Assembly (NCBI GenBank): GCA_965198235.1
Contig: OZ240248.1
Coordinates: 2,592,001 to 2,656,000, forward strand
Length of the DNA stretch: 64,000 nt
Direction: 5' to 3'
Source of the DNA: Candidatus Poribacteria bacterium
Lineage (GTDB): Bacteria > Poribacteria > WGA-4E > WGA-3G
Below the pieces are notes generated by a model that saw only the letters and a list, made by a program, of their open reading frames with translations, made no database searches and was not told the origin of the DNA. Of this stretch, positions 59,262-64,000 are shown in pieces (the stretch's first letter is position 1; each line of letters opens with the position of its first letter). The position numbers and the translations under genes were made by a program.

Positions 59262-59978
59262 ATGGAAAAAATAGCAGTTATCGCAGGTGTAGGTCCCGGC
59301 TTAGGGGCGGCACTCGCGCGTAAATTTGTAAACGAAGGATGCGATGTAGCACTCCTTTCACGTTCATCCGCCTACATTAAAAACCTATCCACAAGATTGT
59401 CAGAATCTGGACGCACAGCCATACCTATTCCTACAGATATTACCGAGGCTGATCAGGTCGCACGGAGTTTCGCTCGCATTCGGGAAGAACTCGGTGATCC
59501 CGACATCTTGGTAAATCATGCGGCGAACGCCGCGTGGGGAAGTTTCGCAGACCTCACGCCCGAAGCGTTTGAGGGCGCGTGGCGGGTCTGCACGCTCGGT
59601 GGGTTCCTCTGTTCAAAACAGGTCGTTCCAGGGATGCTCAAGAAAGGGGGCGGGAATATTTTATTTACTGGGGCAACCTCTGCTGTCCGTGGTAGAGCCG
59701 GTGCGTTGGCGTTCAGCAGTGCCAAGTATGCGACACGAGGTTTGGCTTCAGCACTCGCCCGCGAAGTCGGTCCCCACGGCATCCATGTCGCCCATGTCAT
59801 CGTTGATGGGGTCATTGATACGCCGGGTGTGCGTCAACGCTATAGACTCTCGGAGAATGAACCGCTTCTTGAACCCGATGCGATTGCCAATACCTATTGG
59901 GCTTTAGTGCAGCAAGAACGGAGTGCGTGGACGTTTGAAGTAGATGTCCGACCCCACAACGAGGAATTCTTTACTTAG
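59262..59978 (+). CDS. SDR family oxidoreductase
   Basis: AGVGPGLG, TGATSAVRG, FSSAK, HVIVDG. Confidence 0.9.
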   Translation: MEKIAVIAGVGPGLGAALARKFVNEGCDVALLSRSSAYIKNLSTRLSESGRTAIPIPTDITEADQVARSFARIREELGDPDILVNHAANAAWGSFADLTPEAFEGAWRVCTLGGFLCSKQVVPGMLKKGGGNILFTGATSAVRGRAGALAFSSAKYATRGLASALAREVGPHGIHVAHVIVDGVIDTPGVRQRYRLSENEPLLEPDAIANTYWALVQQERSAWTFEVDVRPHNEEFFT

Positions 59979-59993
59979 GCGTTGCCTATTATA

Positions 59994-60149
59994 TAACTCA
60001 AGTTTCTACTAACAAATTCCGAACGTTTCAACGAAAATCTTAGGCATTTTCCTCACCCCAGCGGGGTGACATGTCTATAGAAATGGGGTTCACAACTTCT
60101 TGCACTCCAGCGGAGTGCTATGTGCACAAATTGATGGCAACTGAGGTTA
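59994..60149 (+). mobile_element. MITE-like element, family B (156 bp)
   Basis: Collinear with 44046-44201; imperfect terminal IR. Confidence 0.78.
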
Positions 60150-60165
60150 TTACATATCTGTAGTC

Positions 60166-60417
60166 TGTAGGTTGGGTTGAACGGTACCAAACGACTCGGC
60201 TTCCCCAGAAACAAAAGTCCGTCGAAACGTCAGGTGTTCTGATAAAAAGGAAAATGAGTGAAACCCAACTTTAGAAGTGGCCGACATCCCCTGGGATAGG
60301 TATATGAAGTGTTGGGTTTCATTCGCCACTTTTCCAGTGGGCGATGTCTGTCTTAAAAATCGCCAGTTGTCTTGAGTTTGAAACGGTTTTGCTGTCATCC
60401 GTTCAACCCAACCTACA
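60166..60417. repeat. REPIN-like inverted-repeat element (252 bp)
   Basis: Perfect 19-bp IR TGTAGGTTGGGTTGAACGG; inner 11-bp IR TGAAACCCAAC. Confidence 0.8.
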
Positions 60418-60456
60418 ACATTGTGGTCTCACTTTGCAAGCGCGTTGAGTTTTAAC

Positions 60457-61830
60457 CTAAAACGTACTCTCTTGTGAGGTCAAAGGACACCAGCGGGTCG
60501 TCTCAAGGTAACGAAGCAACACTGCCTTTGCCGCCGGTGTGCCGATACGATAGAGCGCATGTACAGCATCGCCGCGCACATAACGGTTTTCATCGAACAG
60601 CACATTTTCTAAGTCCGCAACCGCCTCACCAGCATTCTCACCAATCCGCGCCAACGCAAACACCGCATTTTGCCGTGCACCATCGTGTGGATCTTCCAAT
60701 GCCTTCACGAGACCGGGAACCGCAATCGAACTTGATTGACTCGTTGTTCCCAATGCCTCTATCGTATGCGACCGTACGGAGCCAGAGGCATCCGCTAACA
60801 TTTCTACCAGCGCAGGCACCGCTGATTCTGCCTTATTTCCCAAGTCGCCGAGTGCTTCCGCAGCGTTATCCCGCACGTGTTCACGGGAGTCTTTCAACGC
60901 CTCCTGCAAGGCATCAACGGCAGGCGTTCCGACCGCATTGAGCGCGTAACAAGCATTTCGGCGCGTCATCTCCGATTCATCTTGCAAACACTGCACCAGC
61001 GCAGGCACTGCCTTCTCACCAAATTGCGGCATTTCATAAGCCGCCCGCAATCCTGTTGATTCCGATGTACTATTGAGAGAACTGATGAAACCGGACAGTG
61101 ATTCACCGTTCGATGTCCCGTGCGCGTCGCTGTCTTCTATTCCGCGATGCCAGTTCCAAAGGTGCCGGAACATCTCTTGATGTTCGGCACGTCCCACAGA
61201 TGTGCCGTTTGCCCAGTCTGTTTCCTTATTCGCCCAGGTGGGTTCCTGCGGTTCTGACATCCGGGCATAGAGGAACTTCATCATATAGCGTTTCTTCTCG
61301 CTGCTGTTAGGCATCGCACGGTGCCACAGGTCGTAGTTTGCGAAAGCAACCGTTCCCGCTTTCCCAACGATCGGTTGTTCCAGCGAAATTTCTGCGCCTT
61401 CACGCGTGCTATAATAGTGACTCGTTGGAACCACACCCGTTGGCCCGAGTTCGATGGGAGTATCTTGGGGATAATAGAAAACCAGCAGCCTACGGGTATG
61501 ATGAGACCAGCGTTTCCCACCATCTTGGTGCATCCCCTGTCCATTACTACTGGGAGGGTTGTAGTGCGGATGGCGGTGCGGTTGCTTGTAGTAGTCCGCT
61601 CCAAGGAGGCTTGTCAGAGCCCCGCTCACGTTCGGATCGTCAAGAATTTGCTGGATCTCTGGTATCCGCGGCACCAGATTATTACCGGGATTGCCTTCCT
61701 TGTCAAAAACCGTTACCGTCTTTTCGTAGATTGCATCGTGGAATTGCGCAGGCAATGTGGTGGTGACGGTCACATAACCGTTCACAATGAAGTGCTGCAT
61801 CTGCGCGTCTGTTAAGAGGTGTGCTGCCAT
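60457..61830 (-). CDS. PhyH-family dioxygenase fused to HEAT/PBS-lyase repeats
   Basis: FIVNGY, HQD, LWHRA; C-terminal VR..AAEALG repeats. Confidence 0.88.
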   Translation of the reverse strand: MAAHLLTDAQMQHFIVNGYVTVTTTLPAQFHDAIYEKTVTVFDKEGNPGNNLVPRIPEIQQILDDPNVSGALTSLLGADYYKQPHRHPHYNPPSSNGQGMHQDGGKRWSHHTRRLLVFYYPQDTPIELGPTGVVPTSHYYSTREGAEISLEQPIVGKAGTVAFANYDLWHRAMPNSSEKKRYMMKFLYARMSEPQEPTWANKETDWANGTSVGRAEHQEMFRHLWNWHRGIEDSDAHGTSNGESLSGFISSLNSTSESTGLRAAYEMPQFGEKAVPALVQCLQDESEMTRRNACYALNAVGTPAVDALQEALKDSREHVRDNAAEALGDLGNKAESAVPALVEMLADASGSVRSHTIEALGTTSQSSSIAVPGLVKALEDPHDGARQNAVFALARIGENAGEAVADLENVLFDENRYVRGDAVHALYRIGTPAAKAVLLRYLETTRWCPLTSQESTF

Positions 61831-62015
61831 CTTTCCCCCTTTTTCTTTTACGAAACTCGATATAAACCCTATCTACAAGAATGTGAGTTGTCCTAATTAT
61901 TCCATAAAATTTCACAATTTTCAAGAAATTCTGCTATCAAATCCATAATTATGCTAAAATAACTAAGATTAGGTCGGATTTTAACGCATAACATACGAAC
62001 ATTGGAGGTTTCAGG

Positions 62016-63221
62016 ATGGGACGAAGTTTTGAAAAATCACTCGCATGGCAGAAGCGAGCCAAAGCCGCATTGGTCGGCGGTGGGCAACCCCATAAACAGA
62101 GTCAACCACCGAGACCTGTTATGATTGCAGGTGCGAAAGGTGCACATTTTTGGGATGCCGATGGCAACGACTATATCGATTATCTGATGGGATATGGACC
62201 TATGATCCTTGGGCACGCCTATTCTACTGTGATTGATATGGTTACAAAATATCTCGTTGAACGGGGTAATGTTTATAATTTCGGACATACGCTTGAGGTG
62301 GAACTCGCCGAAAAGTTGGTTCAAATTATCCCGTCGGCTGATAGAGTCGCTTACTTCGTTGGTGGATCGGACGCAACAACCGGCGCGATTAAGTTCGCTC
62401 GCGCGTATACCGGTAGAGACAAGGTGATTCGATCCGGTTATCACGGATGGCACGATTGGTGTAGCCACGCCCGCGGACACCTACCGAGTGCTGCCGACGC
62501 TACACTCAGCGTCGACTTCAACGATCTTGAAGGGCTTGCCGACCTCTTTAAAGCGCACCCTGACGAAATCGCGTGTTTAATTATGGAACCTTCCGGACAA
62601 GACCTTCCCAAAGACGGTTATCTTGAAGAGGCAAAGGCTCTCGTCAATGCCAACGGTGCCTTGATGATTTTTGACGAGGTCAAAACGGGGTTCCGCTACG
62701 CTTTGGGTGGTGCGCAGGAATACTTCGGAGTCACCCCCGACATGTCCGTTTTCGGAAAAGCACTCGCGAACGGGTTCGCGACGGCTATCGTTGTCGGGAA
62801 AAAAGAAATCATGGATGAAGTTAGCGATGTCTGGGTAGCCGCAACTTTCCACGGAGAGGTATCACTCGTCGCCGCCGCGATGGCTACAATCGAGGAACTC
62901 GAAGTGAAGGACGGAGTCGCCTTTATGTGGAAACAGGGACAGAAGTTGTTGGACGGCTACAGAGAAATGGCGGCGCGTCTCGGTATTGAGAATGCCCGTA
63001 TCGGTGGCATCGGACCCATGCCTTACTTCGGCTTAAGTACCAACAGCGATGACGAACGTCAACAGCGGTTCCACAAAACCTTCTACGAGGCGACCTTGGA
63101 GGGCGGTTTATATCTGCCTGAAGGACATATCTGGTTCATGTCCATGTCGCACACCGATGAAGATGTTGCGAAGACGCTTAGCGTCTCTGAGGATGCCCTC
63201 AAACGCGCCAAAGCCGCATAG
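62016..63221 (+). CDS. Class III aminotransferase (GSA aminomutase-like)
   Basis: WDADGNDYIDY, FDEVKTGFR, FGKALANG. Confidence 0.9.
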   Translation: MGRSFEKSLAWQKRAKAALVGGGQPHKQSQPPRPVMIAGAKGAHFWDADGNDYIDYLMGYGPMILGHAYSTVIDMVTKYLVERGNVYNFGHTLEVELAEKLVQIIPSADRVAYFVGGSDATTGAIKFARAYTGRDKVIRSGYHGWHDWCSHARGHLPSAADATLSVDFNDLEGLADLFKAHPDEIACLIMEPSGQDLPKDGYLEEAKALVNANGALMIFDEVKTGFRYALGGAQEYFGVTPDMSVFGKALANGFATAIVVGKKEIMDEVSDVWVAATFHGEVSLVAAAMATIEELEVKDGVAFMWKQGQKLLDGYREMAARLGIENARIGGIGPMPYFGLSTNSDDERQQRFHKTFYEATLEGGLYLPEGHIWFMSMSHTDEDVAKTLSVSEDALKRAKAA

Positions 63222-63431
63222 GAAGGACAAAATTGCTGAATAATCGTAGAGATCAGGAATGTGAGTCACGCTTTCTTTAAGCCGCTCGCAATTCTTAGGA
63301 AACACCGCAACTTCACTGAAAACCTGCCCGAAATGAAATTATGCCTTAAATGGCATAATTTGTCTTTGCTTTACATTTGGAGGGGTTTTTGCTTGGGTGT
63401 TTCTTTAACCCAGGAGCGAATAGTTTAAAAA

Positions 63432-64000
63432 ATGGCACAAGTTACAGATCACACCAAACCTTTTATTGTTGATAAAAATCTCGGGACGGCACTTGACATT
63501 GATAACGCGCAACTCACGGAGACAACCTCCGATGGGACACCCGTTGTCGCACCGACACAAGAGCAGAAATACCTCTTTGACATGCGAGGATGGCTTTTAG
63601 TGCCGGGTGTGCTGTCGAGCGATGAACTCGCTGAGATGCAAGAGTTCGGGTATAAACTCCGCCACGAACCGGAGTCGATTCCGGAGCATGAACGCTCCCC
63701 ACTCGGCGGTCCCATGCAACGCCTTGCCGACCATCCGAATGTCGTCGGTTTTCTCAACGAGTTTCTCGCACATCCAGCGTTGTCAAGCCAAGACTGCTAC
63801 GGCTTCCGCATGGAATCGTGTAGCCTGTTTTATCGGACATCGGGTGATGGAAACTTTGGACCCCACAATGGAAACGGGATGCTCCGTTTCCCCGGCGATT
63901 CGCACCTCTATCGCTGTATTCCCGGCAGAGGCTATAGCGGGTTAACTCGCATCGTTTGGGAACTGAATCCTGTCAAATATCGGCAGGGAGGCACTCTGTT
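63432..64000 (+). CDS. PhyH-family dioxygenase (partial, runs off the window)
   Basis: ATG at 63432; EQKYLFDMRGWLLVPGVLS. Confidence 0.75.
   Translation, partial: MAQVTDHTKPFIVDKNLGTALDIDNAQLTETTSDGTPVVAPTQEQKYLFDMRGWLLVPGVLSSDELAEMQEFGYKLRHEPESIPEHERSPLGGPMQRLADHPNVVGFLNEFLAHPALSSQDCYGFRMESCSLFYRTSGDGNFGPHNGNGMLRFPGDSHLYRCIPGRGYSGLTRIVWELNPVKYRQGGTL

Overview
Bacterial chromosomal window whose gene content (several PhyH dioxygenases, dockerin and FlgD-Ig tailed secreted proteins, many oxidoreductases, waaA) suggests Candidatus Poribacteria; that assignment is inference. It carries housekeeping genes (fmt, PASTA protein, rpe, rsmE, argE-like, moaDE, folB, waaA, trxA, mrp), a PaoABC-like molybdoenzyme operon, and three tandem secreted paralogs. 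Defence loci are a four-gene type I Zorya system (zorABCD) preceded by an Rpn nuclease with an internal RBS and ATG, an FRG/TPR gene, a single-chain restriction-modification enzyme, and an OLD-like ATPase. The intergenic DNA is full of small repeats. The most striking is a fixed-geometry ~90-nt element (variable hairpin, then AACCGCAAGG 63-64 nt later, then a start codon usually 22 nt after that) found at five loci, once as a 113-bp tandem array. There are also at least three MITE-like families with terminal inverted repeats, some with different internal cargo, and GTAG-type REP palindromes. No rRNA, tRNA, CRISPR array or cognate transposase was seen. All calls come from reading the sequence by eye; no searches were run.
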